Below, piece after piece: positions 12,019-25,529 of a stretch of 64,000 nt of DNA. The stretch spans positions 62,001 to 126,000 of the forward strand of contig QPGO01000020.1 of NCBI GenBank assembly GCA_008632985.1. Direction: 5' to 3'. Below the pieces are notes generated by a model. That model was not told the DNA's origin. It made no database searches and was given only the letters and a program-made list of their open reading frames with translations. Source of the DNA: Psammoneis japonica. Its lineage: Eukaryota. A program made the position numbers and the translations under genes. The stretch's first letter is position 1. Every line of letters begins with the position of its first letter.

Positions 12019-15000
12019 CAGCTTTCCCTGCAATCAAACAAAACGCCGCAGAATTTGTGTGGGACACACCAGCTTTTTGTGACATGTCCGCTTTGACGTC
12101 ATCGCAACAATCTTGAAGCACGAGAAAAAGCATGAGACAATGGCGCTGGTGGAATCGGCTTTTTTGTGGTTTTGCTGCTGAGTCCTCTCTGATCCCCCTG
12201 CACAGCTTGACAGCAAACACCCGTCAAAATGTCACAAGGCAATGCAATCAGAGCGTCTCGGTCGACACCGACTGGCATCATCACTTTGCATTTCAGGGAT
12301 GCATGCAAGATGCCGAAGTTCCAGTGCAGATGGATCAAGGCGAACTGTTTTGTGCATGTGACAAAAGAGGCCTGTGCAATTGACAAAGATTTGAACTTCA
12401 ATGCCAAGAAGTTGAACAGTGCATTGAGTGGAGTTGGATCTCCATTTCCAGAAATTGACAAGGACACGTCTGAGAACGATGGCGGGGTTTTCCGAAAGCA
12501 GTTCCGACCGAAGGGAGAGCCGTCTGTTGTGGCACACTGTGCCTGCAAAGAGCAAGAATTGCCAAGGTGTGTGCCCTCAACAATCAATGATCTCAGGTGT
12601 GTGATGTTGACTGTTGAAGAGTGCAACAAGAAAGTAGAAACTCGAGCCGGCTCCAGCAAGAGAACAGCGGGGTACGACGCAAACGAGTGCGCACAGACGT
12701 TGCAGGAAACAAGCAAAGAAAAAGAAAAGGAAAGAACCACTAGAGTCCTCTGCAACAGAGGAGAAATCATCCAATGATGGTGGTGCTGATGAAGACAACA
12801 CTCCTGAGAATGATGCCACGCCTGCCAATGATTTGACCGCTGTTGTTGGCATCTTCTGGGATGACACGACCGTGCGGAACCTGTTCAATGCAGATGATGG
12901 AGAGGATGCAAAAAAGACAATTGAGAAACAGACAGATAAATTGACTTCTGGATTTGCTTTTCATGATGGATGGAAAGAAGTGATCAAAGGAGGTGACCCT
13001 GACAACCTGTGCACACCCAACGACGCTCATGTGTGATTCGATTGAGATGCCAGCATCTTGCGATCGCGCTTGACCATGCGTTGAAGAAGCTGCCAAAAAG
13101 GAACACTGCATGGCTTGACTGCTGTCAGCATGCAATCGATGACCTCAGCGGTGCAGGTGTTAACTTTATGAAAAGTTGCCAAACCGCAGCTGCTTGGCAT
13201 CGCATCTTTAGGAATCTCAGTTCCTTTCCTCATCCCCGACCAAAAGGAAAAGGAGACCCACCGACATTTGAAGCACATCCAAAGATGAAGCGGAAATTCA
13301 TTGAGTTTGTGACAGCAAACCTTTCTCGACTTTCTGCTGAGGTGGCCACAGACCACTTCCACGAAGTGCTTGTCCCGGAATTCTTAAAGAGAGAGAACAA
13401 TGACCATCGCAAGAACGGGGAAGACATCTTGTAGTCAGAACGGGAGTTCCTGAATCAGCATGGATTGCTCACCGGGGAAAACCAACCATGCATTTCTTCC
13501 AATGCAGTTTCCAACTGGATGAATCTATTTGGTTTCTGGCATGGGCCAAACAAAAAGATGCACCATGTTGACAATCATGAATGTCCCGACAATGTGAGGT
13601 GTCGGAATGCGATGGTCCGTCGATGCTTGATGATGGAAGAACGATGCCCACGTTGGATGCAACTTCCAAAAGCCACTGCCATGGACCTTGTCAAAGCTGA
13701 AGCTCTCCCAGCAAAAATGGGGCATGAATGCCAAGTCGATGGAGAAGATTTTGTCGAGCATCATGTCAACACTGTCATCGACCCGGAGCATCCAAGCCTT
13801 GTGCCCAAGCTGTCCGTGCAATTTGGAGGAAGTGAAAGTGTGAGAAAGGATCCGAATGTAAAGCCTGTCATGACATTTGGACAGGACGAGGCCATTTTTA
13901 AGCAACACTTGCTAAGCACAAGCAGCTGGTCGGGTCCCAAAGGTGAGTGGCCGCTGCTGCCCAAAGATGATGGAGAAGGCGTGATGCAGTCTGTGTTTCA
14001 ATGTCGAGAGGTCGGCCTCATTCAAGATGGAGACATTTCGGAAGAGCAACTCCAAGAGACAAATGAAACTCGAGCAGGCAAACACTGCACTGATGAAGAT
14101 GCTGCAGAAACAGCATTCAGCAAGAAGCAGCACAAGCCGAAGTTGAAGAAAAGTCCATTCATCCGCGAGTTCAAGCATGGAGCAAACAGCGACAGACACT
14201 GGAATTGTGACCACATGTTGGTGCAATTGGAGGATTGCGTGGATTGCTTGAAAGTGCTGCATCCTCAATTTGACTGTCATTTCCTTTTTGATCATTCTTG
14301 CGGGCACGACAAGCAGAGAGCAGACGGACCAATCTGCAACAAGCGCACGATGAATGCAGGAGTCGGCAGCAGTCAGAACAAGATGCACCCCACTGAGATT
14401 CTTCAGGCAGAGGGCTTTCTAGGTCCTCATGCTGAAGCAGTTGGCATGTTGTCTGCAGGACAAGTGCAAACAATGGCATTCAGTGAGGAAGACCAGGGAC
14501 CATGCTGGATGATGCCGGAAGAACGAGAAGCTGAGAAATGTGACGCACCTGTCGAGGGTCAAACTGAAACTCGGAAGTTCCTGCGTGATGAAATTTTTGA
14601 CAAGCTTCTACAAAAGAACATCAAGAACATCAGGGGCAAGAAAAAGGATGAATTGATTGACACAGCAAAGAGCAACAACATGCCTGTCAAAGAAACCATT
14701 CAAAAGGTGAAGCACGGATGGGTCAACAAGCCGAAAGGATCAAAGCAAATTTTGCATGAGCAAGGATGGATTGATCCCAATGACCCTGGAAAATGCACTG
14801 TGGATGGCACAAAGGGCAAAGATGGAGAGATCGACAAGTCAACATCTCTTCTTCACTTGATGGCCACTTGCGATGATTTCGTCAACGAAGAGACGTTGTT
14901 GCAAACCATGGGTCGCAAAATGGGTGTGACCATTGACAGAACGCCAAAGTGTCACCCACAATGGCTGGGGAGGGCATTGAATGTTCTTGGGGACTCGCAA

Positions 15001-15464
15001 AGCAGCATTGTTGTTTGCAACCTTTGTCAAGAAAGAGGGGAAAGCAAAACTTTAGAGAGTTGGCACGAGAATCAATGTCATCAAGCGCACTCACGACTGA
15101 CAGGATGCAAAAGTTCTCGCGACGAGCACGACGATGCATTTGTGCTTGCATGGTTCTTTCACAACCTGATGTGTCTCAAGAGGTTCAGCATGAAGCCTTG
15201 TCTCTTGAGACCATTGAAAAGCTTGTCAAAGAGTTCAAAACGCACCGCAGTGCCACTGATTTTGACAAGGGTTTCATTGTGAGGACGCTTTTCGCAGGGT
15301 GAAAAGATGTTTTTTTTGCAGGCAAATAAAAAACTTTAGAATGTGGACAAGTTTTATGTGCAACGCTGCTGGCGATTTTACTTTGGCTTTTTGCATGAAA
15401 AACAAATTTTCCCACCAGTGGCGTGGGATCAATGCGACGTTTGGGTTGGTTGCAGGGAAAGCTG
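12019..15464 (+). mobile_element. Tc1/mariner(ITm)-like TIR DNA transposon, degenerate
   Basis: ~32-bp TIRs: cagctttccctgcaatcaaacaaaacgccgca (12019-12050) and the reverse complement of 15433-15464, with 4 mismatches. Flanks read TG and CA where a TA TSD is expected. Contains a DDE transposase remnant. Confidence 0.85.
12229..15302 (+). pseudogene. DDE transposase pseudogene with stops and frameshifts
   Basis: Motifs FGQDEAIF, PLLPKDDGEG, FLFDHSCGH and TPKCHP/AGEGIECSWG (frameshift near 14960). Tyr positions are replaced by Cys/His. Confidence 0.8.
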
Positions 15465-18400
15465 CAATGGCGAATGACAATCAGACATTGCAAAACCTCA
15501 AAGCACATGTGTCAAAGCTGTCTCCACATGAGCAAGGTTCTGGGAAAGCATTTTGGTGTCAACAAGTGCTCTCGAGCACCACTCGCCATTCAGGCGGGAA
15601 ATCGTGGCACTGGTTTGATGCAGAAACTGCGCAGAAAGGAAGGAATGTTGTGGAACTCAATGAACAGACCAACCTGACAAATCAGTGTTTAGAACTTGTC
15701 TTTTGCACCTGAAGAGCACATGACATGTTTGGATGACTTGCTCACATTGTTTCGGGGGGCGGCAGGAGAGACATTGGCTGAATTGCATGTGGCTTGGGGG
15801 GGGAATCTTTTGCACGCACCCCATTTCATCTGGCCATCTTCCACATGGAATGGGTCAATTGTCAAGAAACAAATGACCTCACACTTGACTTTACATCATG
15901 TGAATGTGTTCAGTCATGAGGACATTGCAGACACCTTGCAATGGCCCCCTGTCGATTGACCCAGTCTGCAGCAATTTGAGATGATTGCAAAATTTTCAGA
16001 GCCCCTCGTCCTTTGAGCATTGAAAGTGATTTGTCCAGTGCTCTGTGCAAATGGAGAATTGCTCCACTGCACACTCACAATTTGAGAATTTGTTTCTTTG
16101 CAACAACTGAGCTCTTCATCAGCCCAAAAGCTTGGCGGACGTCATCAGGAGATGACTCTGACAGCACACGCTTCCTCTGTGCTGAGTGAGACAAAAGAGA
16201 CAACCAGCCACAATGTCATTTTCTCTAAAACCTGCTCAGGCCATCACAGGCATTTTTGACTTTGTGGAGAAAAGCTCACAAAGCCATCTGCAACAAGGCA
16301 GTTGAGAAGCTCAAGGAGAGTGGCCTTGGCTGCACACAGCAGGAGAAACTGCTTCAGCTCCTCAAGACCCTTAGCGATGGAGCTGCCAAGAATGGATGGA
16401 ACAAAGCTGATGGAATGTTGATGATTCCTGATGATCCAGTGGACATCATGTCTGATGTCACCAATTTGTTGACACACTGTGTTCAAATCAAGGCGGAGCT
16501 CATGTCTTTGTTTGTGAGCACATTTGCATTGATCAAATGGCAAGGCCAGCACACGATGCAAGGATGCTGTGCCACCTGCTCATGATTGCACTTTCTGAAG
16601 AAGAAAAGACTGGAATTGTGGTCTGGGAAAAGCAATGCAAAATTCTCAAGAATGACAAGATGAGTCTGTTGGGAAACATTCTGTTGAAGGTGACAATCCA
16701 AGAAAGACACCAATGGAGCTGCAATGAGCATCAGGAGGATGAAAAACTTGGCAATGTTGACAAGTGCATTGACCCAGCATTGAGCAATGTTGCCAAATTC
16801 ACTCAATGCATGCTGCTCTTGGCACCTGATGCAAGCTCTCAAGTCCCATGATGAGACAACAGAAGGTCATCCAATTGAACTTGTTTGAAGGATGCACTGC
16901 AGTGTCCGACAAGACATTTGTTGATTGCATCCATTGCAAGCACAATGAGTGTGATGAAGGACATGACATGGACCCCCAATGAACTTGCAAACCTCATTGT
17001 CAATGAGTGCAAGAAGATGGTTGAGAGGGAGGAATGGAGTGCATCATCCCTTGAGGAGGAAAAGATTCTGGCTCTAGAAGTGAAGGTTGATGTCCTTAAA
17101 CCATCTCAAGGCAAAAAGACCAATCCAAAAATGAGGGAAATCCAAAGAGTCAGAAGAAAGGAGAGAAGAAGACGCATGGACCCAAGCCTGCTTGGTTGGA
17201 GAAGGACAAAAGACACACAAACAATCAACTTCACAAGCCCCAGCATTGGAGCAACAAGCCATGACACTGTTGTTGTCACAAGGACACATGCGGAAAGTGT
17301 GGTGGAAAGTGGTGGATCCATGAACCACGCATGTGAAGGAAAAGCCTTCCTTGCTTGGAAACCATGCGGTGCAAAAAGTCCTTCAGAGAAAAACAATCAG
17401 TCAACATCAACCAAGAAAGTCCAAAAGGACCTCAAGTCACTCAAGCTGTCAGAAGCACTCACTGCTCTTGCAGACAAGATTGAGACCTCAGATGAAGAAT
17501 GGCTGGTGGCAGAGCAAGGCAACGAGCCCAACTGTGATTGGGAAAATCATGGCATTGCAGTCTGCATGATGTCCTTTGCAACATGGTGCACAACTGCAAT
17601 TTGCAGCTCTCTGCTGCTGCTGTTGCTGCCACCAATGCAATTCATGTAGATGGCTGTGTCCTGCAATTGGATCTCCATCACAGTCTGGGGAAAAAATTGC
17701 CAAGAGATGCAACCGCAAATGCTGCTCCAAACAAATTTGTTGCTGGAGCTCACACATCACTGGCAATTGCTGTTTTCTGTCTCATTGTTTTTGTTGGCAA
17801 GGACCCCAACAATCCCAATCTGTGCTTCATTTCACAGTTGCAGTGTTGGAGGAAATGCTGAAGATTGATGCAGCAGGCCCAGTGAAGCATGCAATGGACA
17901 GAAAACAGACTGGTTGATTTGTTGTTTGTTGAAAGTGGGGTCAATTGACTGTCCACAGTCAAGCAATCCCAAACGGGGCAAGAGTCAGGCAAGTTCAAGA
18001 GTCACTGAGCAAGATCAACAACGAGCATCAAAGAAGGCATTCAACACAAATGACAGCAGCACTGGCCATCCTGGCAGTGTGCATGATGGCCCAGAATGAT
18101 GCCCTCAAGTGAGACAAAACATGACTCAATTTGACACAGATTCAGGGCCTGCAGGCATGGACAACTGATGATGCAGGGGATGTGTGTCCAGTGCAGCCAC
18201 AGACTTTGCAAGTGAGCTTGTTCTAAGCATTGAGCCACAAAAGGATTCAGAGGGTCAAGAACAATGGAAGTCATGATGGGCACATTGACAATGGTGCAAT
18301 GACAACAGGGCTGCTCACTTGTTGTTTAAAACCCCAAACTTGCACTGTGCACCCAATGGCAAAGTCCGCCTGTTGAGTCCCCAGCACATCTGTGACATGT

Positions 18401-20379
18401 TTCCATGCTTGACAAGAGCACAACTTGTCAATGATTGAAATTTGTCACATGCATGCTGATTGCATCCACAGATCTTCCCAACACACACAATTGTCAATTT
18501 TGTTTCTTTGCAGTTGTCAAGTCACAACAAATGAATCTTTTTTGCTCATTTTAAGCCACCTGTGTGGCTCATTCTGTCCACATTGTAAACACTTGTTAAG
18601 AACAGTTTCATTTGTTTTTTCCTTCCATTTGTTGTCAGATCTCTGCCTTTGTTTAAAATGCCTGTGTGGCTCACATGAGTGTTTTCTCTGTGTGCAGCAG
18701 TTTGCTGGTTCAGTCTGTTGTGGCAAAGGAAAGTGAGCATGGCAACATGTTTCTAAAAGGCACTCGAGTGATGTGTTTCCCATCACAAAAACATCAAACC
18801 AAACATGAAGATTGTGGAGGCCACAATGCTTCTCATCACTGCATTTCCAGCTGGCTTGCAAGGTGTGTGGATGAATCCTCACATTGCACATGAGGCACCA
18901 CAGTGTGGTGGCTTTTCCAGGACTTCATAAGTCCAGAATCTTGTCTGGCCTCTGAGGTGCCTCAAATTGAAAAAATTTGGTGTCAGTCCCTCCCATGCAC
19001 AGGCAACTGCTGCAAGGGATTTGGGAAGTGCTGCCGTGCTGTTGCTTGGTCAGTTGAAAAATCCAGCACAGCTGCTGTGAAGCACAGGAGTCCAAAGTGT
19101 TTGCTTTTTAAGGATGTGATGATTTCCAGAGCATTTTCATTCAATGATGATCAGAAAAAATCAATCTGAGAAAACACAATGTGATGAGCATGTTGGGCAT
19201 TTTGCCACATGGGAGTTGCTCAAGAAGCAACGACCTTTCAAGACATCAACACAATGCTTTGCAGAGCATTTCTTTTAAAACAAACCCAGAATCAAGAGTT
19301 TTAGAATAAAAACCTGGAACACTCCAGAGCTGTGGCAAATGCTCTTTCATGCCAACAAGAAACAGCAGTGCTTCTAGTCACAGCACAGTTGCCCCAGCTC
19401 TGACCATTTTTGCACTGCTCCTTGCCCTTGCCATTCTCTGGTGGGCAGGCATTGCGAATGTCCAAAAAGGATTCTTTGGTTTCCGTTGCCTCTGGCAATG
19501 CATGTGTGGCATTTGTTTGACACCACCAATCCATGCAAGACACCGTTTGTGGTTCTTTCCACATTCAAAACTTCTCCATCAACAAAGGGACAGCCGCAAG
19601 GGCATTCCATGTCTCCCGCTTGTGCCTCTTCCTTCATTTCTTTCATCATTTTGGTGCCCATGGCAGAGGCATTTGTTGTGTTGCTTCTTGGCAATGGCAA
19701 CATTAATTTGAGACACACAATTCTTGTCACAACAAAAATGCTTCTGCTGTCGATCCTTTTGATCAAACCTTTTGATCAAACCTCACCAACAAAATCTTTG
19801 CATCTCATGAATCAAGCAATGGCTCTGCTGCTTGGAAAGCCACTGCCAGATGACAGAGACTGGGAAGATTGTTTCATTTTCTTCCCTGTCACCACTGCAA
19901 ATGAAGACAATGGCCAGAGTTCACGAGCCACACACCCTCAGTTCCAAGGGGTTCATTCTGGTGTTGAGTTTGATGACATGTCTTGGCATCTCCAATTTGA
20001 GCAACAGGCTTGCCAGGTGGATGGTGCATGATGCACAGGTCAAAGCCAATTGAGAAGCAAAAATGGAGCATGTGGTGGTGTCCCCATGTCCCAGCACACA
20101 TTTGCCAAATGCCAAGCCAGATCATCATCATCGCTGCAAATGCACATTGGTTTGAGTTGCGGCCTGCATGACACGCACCCCAGATGCACTCAATCTGCAT
20201 TTGTTGAGCAGGTTGGCCCAATTGTGGTGTCTTTGCACTCTTGATTTGGGAAGCTGCAATCCTTCTTGTCTTGGTGGGCAGCAGCAGCCCTGTCACACGA
20301 TTCCTTCACAAACAAGAAGATGCCCGGCTGCACAAAGTGTGGAAGCATGAGGCCCACAGATGTGGCAAAGGAGGTGTGC

Positions 20380-21600
20380 AGCCATCTTGAGATGGCATTG
20401 GAGGACTCCAGTGGGTTGCCAGGGACATGCCAACAACCATGGTTGGGGAGCAAATGCCTTGTCTTGTGTCAATGCAGCACCTTGTCTCTCTGACATGACT
20501 GGCTTTGGCCCAGCCAGCCAACCTGCAGAAAGAAGAAAACCATCTGTGTGACAGGGCAAGTGCTCCATTGTCTTGGGATGGCATTGGATGACTCCATTGG
20601 GTCCCTGAAGATGCAACAACAACAAAGGTTGCAAAGCAAAGGCCTTGTCTTTTGTCAATGCAGCACCCAGTCTCTTTGACATGACTGGGCTGTTTGGCCC
20701 AGCCACCCCACCTGCAAGGACAAGAAAACCATCTGTGTGACAGTGCAAGTGCTCCGTTGTCTTGGGATGGCATTGGATGACTCTGTTGGTTCCCAGAGGA
20801 TGCAATGACAACTGTGGTTGGGAAGCAAAGGCCTTGTCTTGTGGCAACACAGCACACTGTCTCTCTGAGGCTGACATGACTGTGTTCTTTTGCCCAGCAA
20901 CCCCACCCACAGAGAGACAAGAAAACCATCTGTGTGACAGTGCAAGTGCTCTGTTGTCTTCTTGGGATGGCTTTTGGCAACTCCATTGGATCCCAGAGGA
21001 GCTAACAACAACCATGGTTGGGAAGCAAATGTCTTGTCTTGTGTCAATGCAGCACATTGTGTCTCTGACATGATTGGGTTTGGCCCAGCCAGCCTGCCCG
21101 CCCACCCACAGAGGTGAGAAAACCATCTGTGCAACAGCACAAGTGCTCAGTTGTCTTGAGATGGCTTTTGGTGACTCCATTGGATCCCAGAGCAGCCAGC
21201 AACAACAATGGTTGGGAAGAAAAGGCCTTGTCTTGTGTCAGCGCAGGACCTTGTCTCTCTAACATGACTGGGCTTGGCCCAGCCATCCCACCCACAGAGA
21301 CAAATCTGTGCAACAGTGCAAGTGCTCAGTTGTCTTGGGATGGCTTGGTGACTCCATTGGATCCCAGAGGATCCAACAACAACAATGGTTGGGAAGAAAA
21401 GGCCTTGTCTTGTTGGGAAGGAAAAGCCTGGTCTTGGGCCAATGCAGCCTTTTTTCTGTCTGACATGATTGGCTTGCTTTGGCCCAGCCACCTTTCCCAA
21501 AGAGACAAGAGAGCTTTCTGTGCTGTGTGACAGTGCAAGTGCCCAGTTGTCTTTGGATGGCCTTGGGTGCCTCCATTGTGACCCAGGGGAGCCAACAACA
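20380..21600. repeat. Tandem array of ~190-bp units, ~6 copies
   Basis: Motif aaaaccatctgtg(tg/ca)acag..caagtgct recurs at ~20537, 20726, 20922, 21120, 21302 and 21520. Confidence 0.85.
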
Positions 21601-24600
21601 GCTGGGGCCGGGAGTCAGTGAATGGAAATTCATGGTGTTCCCTGTCTCTTGTTTGGATGGAAAGCCAAGAGAGAGCAGAACAGCAAGACCCACTGTCAAT
21701 TGCTCACTTTCTTTACAAGGTGGGTCTCCAAAGTTGTCATTTTGCTGGCATGAAGGGTCTGTTTCTGAGCTTTCTGGAGAGAGGCAATTGTCTTGTTGGC
21801 AGCAGCAATTTTTGAACACACCAAATGGCAAAAAGGTGTTGATTGAGGTCCCAGAGCTGGGAGTGGGAGTGTGCAGGCAGAAGTGTGAATTTCCAATCTC
21901 AACAAGAACACTTTGGTGTGATGAAGTCAAACCTGTTGAATGCATGCCTGATGTCAATGAACAAATGATTCATCAAGGCTCACAGTTTGGCCAAAAACAT
22001 GAATTGTCCCTCCCTCACAAGACACCAAAAATGCAAACTCAAGTCACAAGCATTGCATGAAAATGAGAGCGGCAGTGACAGGCAGTGGCATTGCAGATGG
22101 GACAGAATGGAATGCAGGACACAAGATGAGAAAGAGAAAACAAGTGGCAAATGCACAGAGATTGGGTGCACAATGCAAACAACTGACACTTGCACACATC
22201 TTTGCACACAGACATCTGGACAGTGACCTGAGATGCAAAGGAAGACGGCAACCGGGAAGGGCACAAAGGTGAGCAAAAGCAGCACATGAGACAAGATTGT
22301 GGGAAACGCAAGACATGTGTAAAAACTGATCATTGGCACAAAGTTTTCTCCAGTTGCATGCAACATTTTGGCCAATCAAACAGAAGGAACAACCATCAAA
22401 CCAAATTGGAAGGTTCTGGTGATTGTTGCACACCCTTTGTTGACAATTGTCAAGAACTTGTTGTGAACACAGGATTCTGAACAAGAGAGTGTGAATTCTG
22501 AACAAGAGCAAATGTGTTTTCCAGATGCATTGTGGGCAAAGACACAAAAGGTCTGCAAGCTGGCTGAAGGTGCAGGGGGAAGCATGGGTTGCAAGCAGTG
22601 CACACTGCACCGGAGTCAAAAGAGAAATAAACTCACTCTTCTCCTGAGTCCAGAGACCAATGTGGCAATGTTCAACCTTGCTCCTGGTTGCCAGAAGTTT
22701 GAGGCCTTCCATGATGAATGTGGAATCAACAACACTGCTGAAAACAATGATCCTGTTGAAGCAAACAAAGCAAACATTGTGAGCAACAAATGGGAGGAAG
22801 AAGACAAGGAAATCCAATGACTCAGGGTTGGTCAGATGCACCTGGACCTTGAACCCAATGAAGGCTGTGTTGCACCATGCAAAGCATGACAAGCATGCCT
22901 CAGGGTTCTTGGAGAGCAATGCTTCAGTTGCTGCTCCACTCAATTTGGATGGACCACCTGAGGGCATGAGTGAAACAAGTTCACTCTAAGTTGTGACAGA
23001 TGAGGAAGGTTGGCAGAAAAAAATGCATCACCACAATTGTTGAGACTTCACCAAAAATGTGGGAACATCTCATTCCTGAAACTGCAAGAAATGGTGGAGC
23101 AGGGAGTCATCCCAAAGCATTTGGCAAAACACAATGCACCTGCATGCTCCTCCTCATGCATGTTTGCAAAAGCAACCAAGCACAAGTGGCAAATTCTGCA
23201 ACAAGAAGGAACACAATTCACAGAAGCCAACATGACCGGGTCAAGTGATTTCAGCAGATCAGACAGTGTCGCTGACTCCGGGGCTGACTGTGCGCCAGAT
23301 GGCGGGGTTCTGACAACCAAGCTGAGATGCAAGTGCGCAACAGCATGTGTTGATCAACACTCCCACTTCAACCATGCGCACCTGCAAAAGACAGCAAGCA
23401 TGGAAGAGATGTCAGAAGGAAAGAAAGCCTTTGAGCTCATGGCAATGAATTGCTGGGTCAAGGCACCAACTTGCCATGCAGACAATGGGGCATCTAAGGT
23501 GAGGCAATGGATGCAAGCATGTTGTGACCAAGGACAAGGATTGCACATGCAGGCATCAATGCACACCACATGAATGGCTTTGCAGAGCACTGCATGTGCA
23601 AGCTGCAGGAACATGATGCATGAAGTGTGCTCATGCGTGCAAATGGATGATGGCCTTCAAGCAAAAACACAGCCAACTTGTGACCACATGCTGTCCAAAA
23701 AGCAAACAATGCAATCAATGAAACATCCAGCTTCCAGAATCCTGGGTGCAAGACTCCTCTGACTCAGTTGCAAATGCAAACAGACATCTTGAGCAACCCC
23801 AAATCATGTGCCAGACAACCAGCTCCAAACAAACTGCCCATTTCACAAGTGGAGGCAATGATCAAGGGTTGGAACATGCTTGAGGGTGAGTCCAATGTGT
23901 GTGGCAGCCATGCGGACAAGCCCAGTGCATGGCAGGAATGTTGCCTTGGCGCCAAACAGAGCAACAGTGCACACAAGTCCCCAGCTCCATGTGCAATGTG
24001 ACCCCAGCTCCCAGCTTCCATGTGACAAAACAGGACAAGTTTGACTCAACATGGCAAATGAAAGCCAGAACTGTGAGTCAGAGGGAGGTCAACAAACCAG
24101 CCAAAGGCAAGAACAAGATGCTGCTCATGCTTGAAGCTGCCAACAAGCAGAGCATTTGTCAGCAAAAAGAGGTGGCTGATGCCTCCTTCAGAAAGAGCAT
24201 CAAAGAGGATGAGGTTCAAGAATGTGACAAACCATTTGCAAGATTTTTACAAAACACTGGGGTCACCTAAAGCCAGCAAGCAAGTTGTCAATGCTGCAGC
24301 AGCTGGGTTGCCTCTGGCACAGCCAGAATCTCCAGAAGGGACCTTGGCAGCAGGTGGGTGAGTCTGATCTGCCCAGAGTGCCAAGGACATCAGAGACAAA
24401 CACAAGATCAGGGCAACAGAGCTGGTCAGTTGAGCAGCCAGCACTGGCAATGACAGCTGAACTTGGCACAGATGCAGATGGGAACATTGAGAGAGAGACA
24501 TCTTCACTGACAGCTGCTTCACCACACAATGAATCACACCCATCTCAAATGATGCCAACCCTCTTCCAGAACACAAAGTTTCAAAACAGACCCTGATGTG

Positions 24601-25529
24601 CCAGGCACACATGCACAAAGCAATGAAACAACAAGATTGCAAGGAATTCATCAAGGTGATGTGCAAAAAGGTCAAGGATCAAATGGGATCAAACAAAGAA
24701 TGGAAACTTTGCCACAGTTCCAAGATCAATGGCGGCTGACAAAAGAAAGATGCTTCCAGCTGCATGGCAGATGAAACAAAAATGGGATGTCCTGAGGGAC
24801 ATCCTGACCAGTGCTGTCAAGAAATGGAAGGCAAGATTGAATGCAGACAGATCAAAAATGAGAGAAGGGGTCAATCACAGCAAAACATGTGCTCCATTGG
24901 CATCCTGGAACTCAGCACACATGCTGCTTGCCATGGCAGCAGTGCACAATTGGCGCGCTGAGCACAACTGGATTGTGTCTTGGCTTTTAAAAACAGGCTC
25001 CTGCAGAGCATCAGATTTGCATGCAGACTCCAAAAGGATTTGAAGTCGACAAAGGAAATTTGAAGAACTTTGCACTGCACCTGAGTGAGAATCTTTCAAG
25101 ACCACAGAAACAAGCTGGACAAGCATGGAGCAAGTGCCTGGACCTTGGTGGGCAGAAACAAGCCAGACGAGCATGTGTGGAACAAGCACCTGTTCAACGA
25201 GTTTGCAAAGGAGCTGAGCTTTGCACAGCCCAAGTTCCAGCATGAGTGTGCACTCTGCCAAGGCAACACAGAGCACTTGCCATGTGCTGATGACAGCTTG
25301 TTGGCAGGGCCCAAAATGACAAAGAGAGATTTGGCGACAAAAGCTGAGCTCTGGAAATTGCAAAGACCCACAAGTGCCTTCCAAGAACCAAAAACTTGAA
25401 CGCACAGCTGCACCACTTCAGAGACTGTGTGTCCAGGGGAGAAATTTCCATCCATCCTGTATCCTGTCTGTGCAAAGGAGCAAGTCGCCGATGAAAGTCT
25501 TGACTTGACTTCTGACAGGCTGAAACACA

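Noticed and set aside
20380..21600. CRISPR array
   Set aside because: Whole ~190-bp units repeat with no unique spacers, the context is eukaryotic and there are no cas genes.
6575..25400. Classical fungal RIP, or ADAR/APOBEC editing of retro-intermediates
   Set aside because: RIP creates TpA rather than removing it. Both A->G and T->C occur on one strand, a DNA transposon is affected, and the two LTRs differ, so it is not editing of a single-stranded intermediate.
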